A stretch of 29,248 nucleotides of DNA from assembly GCF_006345805.1 (NCBI RefSeq), contig NW_021832922.1:1-29248 (forward strand), in the 5' to 3' direction. Made by a program: the position numbers and the translations under genes. Below, piece by piece: positions 1-12,223 of this stretch. The DNA is from Octopus sinensis. Lineage: Eukaryota. Under the pieces are notes generated by a model. That model did no database searches. It had not been told where the DNA came from and saw nothing but the letters and a program-made list of their open reading frames with translations. How positions within the stretch are numbered: position 1 is the stretch's first letter; every line of letters begins with the position of its first letter.

Positions 1-110
1 AGAATAAGTACCGGTCTTACAAAAAAATAAGTACTGAGGTTGATCCATTCGACAAAAATTTTTTGAAGACAGTGCCGCAGCATGGCCGGTGTCTAATAAC
101 AGCCAAAACA
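1..110 (+). mobile_element. SINE family A, 3' fragment
   Basis: cttacaaa..aataagtac..gtgccgcagcatggcc matches the 3' part of the full copy at 7681-7740. Confidence 0.65.
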
Positions 111-338
111 CATTTTTTAAAAAATAAAACATGAAAGGTAAAAGATTCTAGATAAGCAGATATTGTGCAAAGACGCTACACAAGACCTTTTACCTGGGAT
201 TTTTAATATATAGTACCTTAGCATTGAGCCATTGTCTGATTATTCTCAAGGAGTACGAAACGGTAACAGCAGAGGCTTCAACAAAGTTTAATGGCCAACC
301 AATTCGTGGAGCAGGGGCGGGTAACAAGGATATTCTTG

Positions 339-560
339 TATTCTTTTAATCGTTTCAGTCATTTGACTGTGGCCATGCTGGAGCACCGCCTTTAGTCGAA
401 CAAATTAACCCCAGCACTTATTCTTTAGAAGCCTAGTACTTATTCTATCGGTCTCTTTTGCCGAGCCGCTAAGTTACGGGGACGTAAACACACCAGCATC
501 GGTTGTGAAGCGATGGTGGGATGGGGGACAAACACAGACACACAAACACACACATACGCA

Positions 561-596
<36 letters not shown>

Positions 597-764
597 TTAC
601 ATATATATACGACGGGCTTCTTTCAGTTTCCGTCTACCAAATCCACTCACAAGGTTTTGGTCGGCCAGAGGCTATAGTAGAAGACACGTGCCCAAGGTGC
701 CACGAAGTGGGACTGAACCCGGAACCATGTGGTTGGGAAGCAAGCTTCTTACCACACAGCCGCC
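339..764 (-). mobile_element. tRNA-derived SINE family A, near full length, with internal microsatellite
   Basis: Reverse complement begins ggcggctgtgtggtaagaagc (A-box-like) and contains gggttcagtccc (B-box-like). Highly similar to 7381-7760 and 15520-16052. Confidence 0.9.
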
Positions 765-862
765 ACTCAAAATAATGTATTACTGTGTGTGTGTATGTGT
801 GTGTGTGCGCGCGCGCTTATAAAGTAATATATCTCTATTTTCATGCCTTTCTCTTTATGTCT

Positions 863-914
<52 letters not shown>

Positions 915-1019
915 GTATTTGTTTTATATAGGCATCCGCGTGTACATTCCAAATGCTTGAGCGAAGGGCGTGGATCCCAGTCGGTAAATTGCAAGAAGGG
1001 AACAAACCCGATTGCTTAC

Positions 1020-1091
1020 CAAGTTTAATCAAAGGAACTCAAACAGTTTAATTAAGGGAGCTCGAGCCGGTTCTTCTCAGCTGTTGTCCAA
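1020..1091 (-). other. Candidate non-coding exon (72 nt)
   Basis: Minus strand has acceptor tttaactatttcgacttcag| with a branch-like TTAAC and donor CTTG|gtaagc. All three frames contain stops. Confidence 0.35.
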
Positions 1092-1529
1092 CTGAAGTCG
1101 AAATAGTTAAATAGTCGCTGCTGATTTCTTCATCCTATCATCACAAGCACCTCCTCACTGACAAAATCTTAAGATTTATAGACATAGTTAACTCCCACAA
1201 GATTACACCTCTATCTCGCCTCCTTCTTTCAACTTATCTCTATTTTCTTCATATGTTACCTAACGTATATTGGCTTCTTATCTGCCCGAAGGGTTTTCTC
1301 ATCTGTCTGTCTGTCTATCTCTGTCTCTCTGTCTGTCTGTCTCTCTCTGTCTCTCTCTCTCTCTCTCGCCTCACTTCCATCTCCCTCTCTCTCTCTGTCG
1401 CTTACCTTCTCCATCTCTTTCTTTGTTCTTCACCCTTCTCCCCTCTCTCTCTCTCTCTCGTACCAACCTCGCTTTCCTTGTTTTCTCTTCTAATATTCCA
1501 TATCAAATTCTCTCTCACTGTCTCTATTT

Positions 1530-1634
1530 GTATGTATGTATGTATGTATGTATGTATGTATGTATGTATGTATGTATGTATGTATGTATGTATGTATGTA
1601 TGTATGTATGTATGTATGTATGTATGTATGTATG
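1530..1634. repeat. (TATG)n microsatellite
   Basis: Perfect tetranucleotide array. Confidence 0.97.
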
Positions 1635-1741
1635 TGCATGTATGTATGAGCTTGTAAAGTTTTATATGCCTGTTTCGTTCCCTCTATTTTTGTCTGTGTG
1701 TGAACACATACGCACGTGTATACATGTATATATGCATTTGT

Positions 1742-1772
<31 letters not shown>

Positions 1773-1895
1773 TGTGTGCGTATAAATGCTTGTATGTGTT
1801 TCAGTGTGTGTTCATATAAATATATTTTTAGTTCTTCCCGCTTCTCTCTTTCATCCTCTCCTTTTAATTCATATTTTCACATTTTCGCAAGTATC

Positions 1896-1926
<31 letters not shown>

Positions 1927-2089
1927 CCCCTCTCTCTCTCTCTCCCTCTTTCTATGCCTGTCTGTCTGTATGTATCTATGTATGTATGTGTATGGAAATT
2001 TGAGCGTATATGAGAGCTTGTGTATGTATTATGTATGCATATCTGTCTATCCCGTTCTCTGTCTACGTATGTGTATATATGTATGTATG

Positions 2090-2099
2090 TGCACATGTA

Positions 2100-2130
<31 letters not shown>

Positions 2131-2435
2131 GTTTGTATGTATGTATGTATGTATGTATGTGTATGTATACATGTATATATGTGTATATATATATATATAT
2201 GTTTGTATGTATGTATGTATGTATGTGTATGTATACATGTATTATATAAGTGTGTATATATATGTATGTATATATGTATATATATATATATAAATATGTG
2301 TATGTATATATAAGTATGTACATATATATATATATGTAGATATATATGTGTGTATATAATTTATGTATATACATATACATTTATATATATATGTATATAT
2401 ATATATATTTATATAATATATATATATATAGTATA

Positions 2436-2466
<31 letters not shown>

Positions 2467-2515
2467 CATATATATATACACATGTATATGTATGTATGTA
2501 TATATGTATGTATGC
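2090..2515. repeat. Compound (TA)n/(TATG)n microsatellite
   Basis: Direct observation; includes a ~70-bp unit duplicated at about 2093-2240. Confidence 0.95.
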
Positions 2516-2678
2516 GTAAAATTTATTATTCGCGATTTACATCTGTCTCTGTCTAATCGCAACTCTCTCCTTCGCCATTTTCCATTCTCTCTTCTCCGCT
2601 TCCACTTTCATAGTCGCCTGTGTGTTCTTGTTCCGCTTGTCTTTCTCAATCTCTATCAGTCTATATCATATATATATA

Positions 2679-2748
<70 letters not shown>

Positions 2749-2941
2749 ATTTGTCTATTAAGCCGGCGAAATAGAATAATCGGTTGAGCGTCGGACAGAA
2801 TGCCTTCCAGCATTCTATCTGGGAATTACATTAATACGATACATATATCTGTGGAATATTCAACCACAAGCGGTAAGTATCCACGCCTGTCACACAAGAG
2901 AGCGATGTTCGATTTCTCGCCGAGATGGTTATCATAGACAC

Positions 2942-2997
2942 GCTTTCGACCTTAAGCACCGGTTCTTGTTCGATCACCAAAGTTAAGCAACGATGAG
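2942..2997 (+). pseudogene. 5S rRNA-derived fragment (5' half)
   Basis: agcaccggttcttgttcgatcaccaaagttaagcaacg closely follows recalled invertebrate 5S rRNA (..CACCGGUUCUCGUCCGAUCACCGAAGUUAAGCAACG..), including the box A region. The 3' half is absent. Confidence 0.8.
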
Positions 2998-3483
2998 ACC
3001 CCATGACCCCCTCAATGGTGAACCCCTCAACTATTTAGACACAGTCCATTTCAGGCTACAGTTCCCAATATATTATTATTAGGAAATACCTTTTTACATT
3101 TTTAATTCTTCAATTTCTTTCAGTCATTAAACTGCGGCCACGCTGAGGCAAAACCTTGAAGCGTTTTAGTCAATGATATCCATCACAGTACATACTTCAG
3201 AATGTGATAAATTTGCGGTTTATATTTATTGCACTTTGTTCACATATGAACTTAACCCACGTGTATTTTTCCTGGATCTCTTGTCCCTTTTTTTTTATTC
3301 ATTTATTTCATTTTCTATCTTCCTTCTCTTCCCGGTCTTTCCTTTCGTATCTGACGAAGGACTAAATCTGAAATGTTATATTTTTACTCTAAAAATTCCT
3401 TCGACTTTCGTTGTTTTTTTTTGTTAATTCTCTTTGTTCTGTCTATATATATATGTATGCAAGCATGTATGCGTGAATCTATG

Positions 3484-3710
3484 CAGGCGTTGCTGGGTGG
3501 TAAGAAGTTTGTTTCCCAACTACATGGTTCTGGGTTCAGTTCCACTGCGTGCCACCTTGAGAAAGTGTCTTTTGTTATAGGCCTCAAATCGAACAAAACC
3601 TTGTGAGTCGATTTGGTTGACGGAAACTGAAAAAAGCGCGTTGCATATTTGTTCGAGTCATATTCTTCAGGGTGGCTGTCAAATGACTGAAACATGAAAA
3701 AGGTAAAAAA
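3484..3710 (+). mobile_element. SINE family A, internally deleted, diverged
   Basis: Head gtggtaagaagtttgtttcccaactacatggttctgggttcagttcc; tail gtcaaatgactgaaaca. Confidence 0.85.
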
Positions 3711-3716
3711 CATTTA

Positions 3717-3779
3717 CGTATGTATGTTTGTATGTATGTATGCATGTCTGTCTGTCTGTATGTATGCATGCACGTATGC

Positions 3780-3812
<33 letters not shown>

Positions 3813-3872
3813 TGTATGTATGTATGTATGTATGTATGTATGAATATATGTATGTATGTATGTATGTATGTA
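3717..3872. repeat. (TATG)n microsatellite
   Basis: Direct observation. Confidence 0.95.
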
Positions 3873-4111
3873 CACGACAGGCTTCCAAACACCTTTTGTC
3901 TACCAATACCATTTGCAAGACATTGGCCGGTCAAGATTTGAGAGAAATTTTGCTGCTATTTTTAGACGTTCGTGCGACCACATAAAAAGTAACCCAATCG
4001 GACCGTTTTATGCTGTTGTTGTTGTTGTTGCTGTTTTTGTAATTTAACTGCTGATGTTGTTAGGGTTAGGGTTACCAAAACCAGAAGTACAATTTCAGAA
4101 GGATAGATTGA

Positions 4112-4305
4112 TTGAATAGTCAGCGCGTCGAACAAAATACATTGTGATATTTCCTACATCTCCTAATGTTATGAGTTTAAAATTCCGATACAGCCGAGAT
4201 AGAATTTACCTTTCATCATTCTTCGGGTCAACGAAATAAACTTCGAACCGATGCAATCGATATTTCGTTTTCACTAAATTTCTGGCCCCTTGCCTAAGTT
4301 TAAAA
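4112..4305 (+). mobile_element. SINE family B, old diverged copy
   Basis: gagtttaaaattcc..cctttcatcattcttcgggtcaacgaaataa..ccttgcctaag collinear with the family B copies at 12038 and 27071. Confidence 0.6.
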
Positions 4306-4885
4306 AAAAAAAAATTCAAGCGTTAATGTAACTAACAATCGAAGCCTTGTCGTCTTCTCACGGTAATTAATAAATTAAGGTGTTTCGTGATTTCCGGTAC
4401 CCCAATATGGCGACGGGTGGTCTCGGTTATATGTAACTGTGGTCAAAAGGGGACTGAAAGCTGAAATTAAATTGAAGAAGCCCCTGACCTGTTGGTGTAT
4501 GCTTAAGTGGACAGGCGTGACTAAAGGAACCGTTGTATACGTGACGACGCCTGAAAAGTGAAACGTCGCAATAGATAACGTTAAGATACACGCGCGTGCG
4601 CTCGCGTGTGTGTAAGTGTGTGTGTGTGCGTGTTTGTGAGTGTGTGCGAGTATGTGTGTGTGCGTGTGTGTATGAGAAATAGAGAGAGAAAGAAAATAAG
4701 AACAGCAAATAACGTAGATATGCATCTGTATACACATATATACACGCACACATCAGCGACAGACACGTGTGTGCGTTATGGGCATGTTATTATACAGTCA
4801 TGTATGTATGGATGTATGTATGTGTATATGTATATGTGTATATATACACGCACAAAAATGTGTCTATATATATATACATATCTGC

Positions 4886-5086
<201 letters not shown>

Positions 5087-5630
5087 GTACGTAGATGGAT
5101 AGATAAATAGATAGTTAAAGTTATTAATATAGATATATATATACATGCGCATGCGCACACACACGATCAAAGAATGAAGAAAGTGAAAGAGAGAGAGAGA
5201 GAGAGAGAGGGGTGGGAAGAGACAGACAGAATGATAGGCAAACTAATACACGTACAGAGAAAGATAAATGGCAAGGAAGTGTCATTGCAATGTTAGCAAT
5301 CATAAGAAGATAGTGGACACACGTACACACACACTCACATACTCACTCACACACACGCACATAGACACAAAAACAGCTATCTATCTATCTATCCATCTAT
5401 CTATCTATCTATCTATTTACGTATGTATGTATATATCTATCTGTCTGCCTGTTTATCTTTCTAAGCGCGCATGCAGACACACACGCGCGGCGCCACACAC
5501 ACACACACACACACACACACGCGCGCGCATACACACACACACAGAAAGACAGACACACATTCAGGAACATAACGCATTAACAGAGACACATATTTATAAA
5601 GAGAGAATTAAAGAACGGTGTGTGTGTGTG

Positions 5631-5670
<40 letters not shown>

Positions 5671-5824
5671 AGGGGAAAGGAGTGAGGAAATGATAATGAG
5701 GGGAAAATAAAAGGGACACGTAAGGAAGCAGGAAAAGTAATTAAGAACTGTATTTGATTAATTTGGAAGAAGTTAGGGGTCACGTATACGCCATATGTAT
5801 ACAGACATATAAATACAAACACGG

Positions 5825-5975
5825 TGGACGTTGGTATGACTTAGCAGCCATATGGCTTTAAGTTCGGTCCGACTGTGACGCACCATAAGCCAGTGTCTCC
5901 CGCTGTAGTTCCGGACAAATCAATGCCATGTGAAGGAATTTCGTTGATGGTAACTGTGTGGGAGACCGTCGTATA
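5825..5975 (+). mobile_element. SINE family A, highly diverged 5' half
   Basis: ccatatggctttaagttcggtcc..gtgtctc..gttgatggtaactg..ccgtcgtata collinear with 7400-7540. Confidence 0.55.
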
Positions 5976-6083
5976 CATACAATCATAGATATATATTTAT
6001 ATAAATAAGGATAAGATCGTTAATTTAAATATTGATCTTATCAAGTGGCCAGAATGGGAATAAAAACCTTCGAAGGTAATAAT

Positions 6084-6458
<375 letters not shown>

Positions 6459-6611
6459 GATAGTTAAATAAGATTCGGGTAAAAATCTTGTAGAATGCTA
6501 TGCAAAGCACGTCCACAGTTATTGGCCACCTGATGTTATCATACAGTGGGAATTATCCTGCTACCGGATATACACTAGAAATTCCATAGTCTCCTATATA
6601 GTTTATATAAA

Positions 6612-6909
6612 TAGCTAAATGATAGAAAATGGAATGAACAACATTCTTTAAAATACTATAATTTTTCGACAAGTTTTTACACCTATACTACATTGGTGAG
6701 ATATGCTGTGTGATCATTATCATCCTTCCAAGGTATAAAATGCACCTTATTTAAATAATCACCTGAGAAGGTGCATTTTACGCTTTGGATGGATGATAAT
6801 GACTATACACCATCTCATCAAAGTACTGCAGGAATAAAAATGTGTCGAAACAATTGTAGTGAATTTAAATAAGGAATGTCGATCATTTCTCTTTATTACC
6901 ATTTATCTA
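6612..6909. mobile_element. ~300-bp imperfect palindrome, MITE/fold-back-like
   Basis: taaaatgcacctt/aaggtgcatttta at the centre, tcattatcatcc/ggatgataatga, tttcgaca/tgtcgaaa; ends tagctaaatg/catttatcta with TA at both termini. Confidence 0.75.
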
Positions 6910-7205
6910 CCAACATACTTGTTTGTGTGCGTGCATTTGCCTCAAGGGCCAAAATGTAGAGCCGCCAAGAATAGGTCGAATGTCCAGTTAGCCGCGCCTA
7001 ATCATCAGTGACCAAGCAGTAGCGCCCAATTGACTCATGGGACACAAAAAATCAGATTCGTTTTTTACTCCTTGTAATTTCAAGTATCGAAAATTTATCT
7101 CCCCTTCTCATTCAGTGTCATCAATAAGTTACACTAGGTTCTTGTTTACCTTCTCTATCTGCATAAGTAAGTTTTAAAAACCGTGTGCGCGCGCGTGCGT
7201 GTCAA

Positions 7206-7321
7206 CTAGAGTAAAGTGAAATGAAGTGTTTTGCTCAAGAACACAACGCACTGGCCAGTTCGGAATTTGGAATTTGAAACCACGATCAAGCGATCATGAG
7301 TACCACACTCTAAGTACGCGC
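7206..7321 (-). mobile_element. SINE family C, 5' part
   Basis: gtgaaatgaagtgttttgctcaagaacacaacgc matches 11048-11080. Confidence 0.8.
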
Positions 7322-7328
7322 TGTCTCG

Positions 7329-7359
<31 letters not shown>

Positions 7360-7380
7360 ACACACAAACACACAGGCACA

Positions 7381-7537
7381 GGCGCGGCTGTGCGGTAAGA
7401 AGCTTGCTTCCCAATCATATGGTTCCGGGTTCAGTCCCACTGCTTGACATCTTGGGTAACTGTCTTCTACTATAGCTGCGGGCCGACCGAAGCCTTGTGA
7501 GTGGATTTGGTAGACGGAAACTGAAAGAAACCCGTCG

Positions 7538-7570
<33 letters not shown>

Positions 7571-7760
7571 TTGTGTGTCTGTGTTTGTCCACCCAACATC
7601 ACTTGACAACCGATGCTGGTGTGTTTATGTCGCCGTAACTTACCGGTTCGGCAAAGGAGATCGATAGTATAAGTACTAGGCTTACAAAGAATAAGTCCTA
7701 TAGGTGGTGCTCCAGCATGGCCGCAGTCAAATGACTGAAACAAGTAAAAGAGTAAAAGAG
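7381..7760 (+). mobile_element. tRNA-derived SINE family A, near full length
   Basis: A/B-box-like head, internal (TA)n(TG)n, (TAAAAGAG)n tail. Confidence 0.92.
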
Positions 7761-7811
<51 letters not shown>

Positions 7812-8204
7812 TGTGTGTGTGCGTGTGTATCGTAAATGATTTTCTTTCCTCAAGAAAGTTGTTAGAGAAAGCAGAACGGAAGTTTCAATTTCCTGTAATA
7901 AAAAAAAATATGATGAATAGCATTAATCAAAAATATAATAAAATATTAGAGGAACAAAGAGTATGTTGAAAATCCCTGCTTCTTTGAAAAATAAATGAAC
8001 TTTCGCATATCACGCACTCATACATACGCCCACACTCATACGGCTCTCTCTCTCTCTCTCTCTCTTTCTATCTCACTTGCACACTCATACACACACCGCC
8101 TCTCTCAATTTTCTTACTCACTTTCTTTCTCTTTCCTACACACACACACACACACACGCGCGATTTACATCTTGTTTTAGATATAAGGATTTCCGACATC
8201 TTTT

Positions 8205-8632
8205 CCTTCTTTTGTTTAAGTCAATGAACCGCGGCCATGCTGGGGTATTGCCTTGAAGAGTCAAAATATATCGATCTCGGCATTGTTTTAAAGTCTGCTT
8301 CTTATTCAACCGGTTACTTTTGCCGAGCCGCTAAGTTACGGAGACATAAACAAAACAACACCTGTTGTCAAGCACTGGCGGGAGAACAAACACAGACGCA
8401 AGCACGCACGTATGCACACACACACACACACACACACACACCACACAATTATATTATATATCATATTACATATGTATAAAACGGTCTTCAATACAGTTTC
8501 CGTCTACCAAATTCACAAACAAGGGAATTTGTCGACCCTAGACTTTAGTAGAAGACACTTGCTCCATGTGCCACACAGTGGGACAGAACCTAAAACCACG
8601 CCGTTGCAATGCGAGCTTCTTAACTACACAGT
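8205..8632 (-). mobile_element. SINE family A, diverged
   Basis: gcggccatgctgg, ttttgccgagccgctaagttacg, cagtttccgtctaccaaat, gtagaagacacttgc. Confidence 0.85.
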
Positions 8633-9180
8633 GATTGGTTGACCAGGCATACATTTGTAAAAATATGACTGTTAACATTAATTAAATCGACTCGAGTATT
8701 TTGTCCTGGTCTTTATTTCATTGACTCTAATAAAATTGAAAAGCAGAGTCTACCCTAACGGAATCAAAACTAATTACGTAAAAACATTAAAACAGTCGAG
8801 CACTGTGGACTGATTTCCGTCCCTCATAAACCTAAAAACTTATAACGAATGAAGTAAGGGCAAAAAGACGTTTCATGAAAGTGTAGCGCGAGATATACAC
8901 CCGAAACTCCATCTGTAAAATGCGTACTCACAAGCTAAAAACCATCGAGAAGATCTCTATGTGGCCTCCACCCGACCTGCTGAAAATGGTATACTAATCA
9001 TCCTAAACCGTGGTGCTTGTCCAGAGTATTTTCATCAGTCTGTTCTCTAAGTCCGTGTTTGTTTTCAAACTTTGAGTTAGCCATTGTTTTATACGTTCTA
9101 AGTAGATAACAAAGCTTTCCTTTCATAAGTCCCAAATAAATCTAGTGGTTCAAAAAATTTGGAGTGTATATCGTATTATG

Positions 9181-9213
<33 letters not shown>

Positions 9214-9289
9214 TATAATAAATGAAATAAAACATATGCATACATATAAACATATATGTACGTACCTACCTCTACATGTACATATACAC

Positions 9290-9914
9290 GCATATATGAG
9301 TACAGGACACCAAAGGGACGTCGAACACAAAGAGAAACGAAAACATAGACACAAACCAAAGTACTGGACATTTTTTTTAAAACAACAAAAAATGGAGTAC
9401 AGGACAATTAACACAACGAAAAAACCCCTTCTTCAGTCGCTAAGGTTTCATCTACTCTACATTTCGAAGGATAAAAGCGAGACGTATCTTCGACAAGAAA
9501 CTTTCCTTCCTGCAAAAAGCAAATCAATTAAATTTCTGAGATCTTTTCGCAGAGGGGTAAAAAATGGTAAAAAAATGGTAAAAAAACAGGACAGTAACGA
9601 CAGTACAAAAATATAAACAGTAAGAAAATAAACAGTAAAAAATATAACCAGTAAAAAAATATATAACAGTAAAAGACAGGACAGGGAAAAACAAGATAAG
9701 AAGGGCTGTTGGCGCCGAACGAAAAAAAGTATTGCAAACGCAGAATTTTTTGTGAACGACAGGAGAGCAGGAAGAATGTCGTCCAGTTACCTTGAAGGCC
9801 AGGCCAAAAAGACAGTCAGGGCGGAAGTATCGTCGCGGGTGGACGACGGGAAGGGGGGAGGAGGAGCAAGAGGAAGGGAGAGAAGAAAGGGAATGGCTGC
9901 GAGGAGACCATGAA

Positions 9915-9918
<4 letters not shown>
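9290..9918. mobile_element. Unclassified ~630-bp putative repeat between (TA)n tracts
   Basis: Strongly strand-skewed (A/G-rich on +) non-microsatellite block with short internal repeats, bounded by TA-rich tracts. Single copy in the window. Confidence 0.35.
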
Positions 9919-9963
<45 letters not shown>

Positions 9964-10909
9964 ATATATATTCCTTCTTTCCTGAGCGTCCAATAGTACT
10001 ATATTTGTTCCACGTCCTCGCGTTGTTGTGTTTTTTTTTGTGCTTTCATGTTTGGATTAACTATATATATATATATATTATATATGTATGCATGTATGTA
10101 TATATGTATATATATAGTAAAAAGTTCGTTATAGACATGTATAATATAAAATCTCATATAAAACATCTCATATAAAAGAGATATTAAAAGTTCAAATTAG
10201 AATTTAATTGCCACATGCGACCGTTTCAAATGGCAATTCAAACATATAAGAAAAAAACATTAATTATAATAATAATAATTAAAATAGTTATATATTACCA
10301 TTCTCGTCAGTGTAAAAAAAATGAAACGAAGACATCAAAAAACGTATTACCTAAAATAAATTTTAGAAGGAAAAACAAAGAGGTTATGTCGGAGAAGCTG
10401 ACCGGACATTTGCAAATAAATTGTAATAGAGGAAAAAGGAAGAGAAACAGGGACATGTTAATGTATTTTCGAGTCTATCTGTAATAAACTATAAACTAAT
10501 CTGGCCAACGGATATATTTAAAAAAAGTAGGATATATATTATATATACATATCCTACTTATATATATATATATAATATATATATTATATATATATATATA
10601 TATAATGCCAGGACACTGCTCTTGCAGAAACCATGTGGAAACCCGCTTTGTGTATGTATGTGTGTGTGTTTACCGGGAAACCGTAATGATTGAAAATTAA
10701 TATCCAACCGTACTCCTTCTTGTTGACTTCAATTTTTTTTTTTTCAATTATCTATTCGCACACGACAGAAGCCCAAACACAGACCTGGAAGTACGTATAA
10801 TACTACTACTGAAGAGCACAGGGTGAAATCTGAAGGTGGACTAGCTTTATACTGTACTCTATTACGTTCTTAACAGAATATACCATAACTATAAATATAT
10901 ATAAATTAA

Positions 10910-11158
10910 ATGCGCCCTTTTAAAGCCTAGCCAGGCTCATGGGCCCGGTTTCCCATTTTCAATGGTGTATGTGTTCCCTCAGCTGGACGGGACGCCAGTC
11001 CATCGCAGCGTTACTCATTTTTACCAGCTGAGTGGACTGGAGCAACGTGAAATGAAGTGTTTTACTCAAGAACACAACGCGTCGCCCGGTCCAGGAGTCG
11101 AAACCACAATCTTACGATCATGGTGCTGACACTCTAACCACTAAGCCGCGCGCCTCCA
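10910..11158 (-). mobile_element. tRNA-derived SINE family C, full length
   Basis: Reverse complement ggcgcgcggcttagtggttaga (A box)..ggtttcgactcc (B box)..ttgagtaaaacacttcatttcacg..gcgatggactggcgtcccgtccag. Confidence 0.9.
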
Positions 11159-11162
11159 CACA

Positions 11163-11225
<63 letters not shown>

Positions 11226-12037
11226 GATATATGATATATGATATATAGACGCCAAATATGTCTTGTGTATCACATGTAATACATAGGATAAACGAAGGGT
11301 TAAATACCTCTTTACTTTAATAAAAAAAAAGGGAAGGCAGGATGGACTTGGTTGGAACGCTTTTTCGCATAATTCTACTGGATCAAAGTTGAAGCTGGAT
11401 TAAACAACAGCCGCAACTCTTTGTACATTCTTAACTATTTGTGAACAACACACAATTAAAATGGCCAGAGATGCTAATATTACTAGGTTTATAATCTGTC
11501 ATGAGCACCGAAGGAAGCATGTATATCATTGAGCCTTAAATACATCACAAAATTCTCTTTCTGTTTTTTTTTTTTTTTTCAAGGTTGAAAAATACAGGCC
11601 CCAAACAAACTGCTAATTTTATGACCAAAGATCAAGTTTCAAGTACAGCAATTCACACATCTGGAAGAGTGCTCAAAAGAAAAAAAATTGAACTACGGGG
11701 AAGAAATGTCGTTAGCTTCCTAGGCAGATTTTTACTTCCCGTAACATTAAAATTAGTTAGCAACTACAGAAGCTTCTTACTGACTATTTTTATGCGTTCT
11801 ACTGTAACTGATAGAAAACCACCACCTTCACCTAGTCCAATCACGATAGTTAACAAGGAAGGTTCAATGCGGTGGCTTGGTTTCACTTGCTAGAAATAAC
11901 AACCAAATCTCTAAAATCACACACTACTGCAATATAAAAAGGAAGGACACAATGAATCATGGGATCTTGTCTTTTTCATTCGCAAAACGAGCCCCCTTTA
12001 ATTTTGCTCAGATTGCTTTCAATTTTGGTATATCGAT

Positions 12038-12223
12038 AAGACGGTGAACTAGCAGAAATGTTAGCACGCCGGGCGAAATCCTTGGCGGCATTTCGTCTGT
12101 CTTTGCGTTCTGAGTTCAAATTCCGCTGAGGTTGACTTTGCCTTTCATCCTCTCGGGGTCGATAAATAAAGTACCAGTTGGGTACTAATTGACTGACCAC
12201 CTCCCCAAAAATTTCGGGCCTTG
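12038..12223 (+). mobile_element. SINE family B with 17-bp target-site duplication
   Basis: TSD aattttggtRtatcgat at 12021-12037 and 12224-12240; B-box-like gagttcaaattcc. Confidence 0.9.

Noticed and set aside
931-983. Possible + strand exon (tttatatag|..tcg|gtaaat)
   Set aside because: Weak donor and no recognisable peptide
4060-4074. Interstitial telomeric (TTAGGG)2.5
   Set aside because: Too short to distinguish from simple-repeat background
9420-9472. Possible type II hammerhead on the minus strand (ccttcGAAA..CTGAAGAagggg)
   Set aside because: Stems I and III cannot be formed convincingly; a family consensus would be needed
10805-10835. CTGAAGA..GAAA hammerhead-like spacing
   Set aside because: Stem II is poor and there is no proper stem I or cleavage triplet
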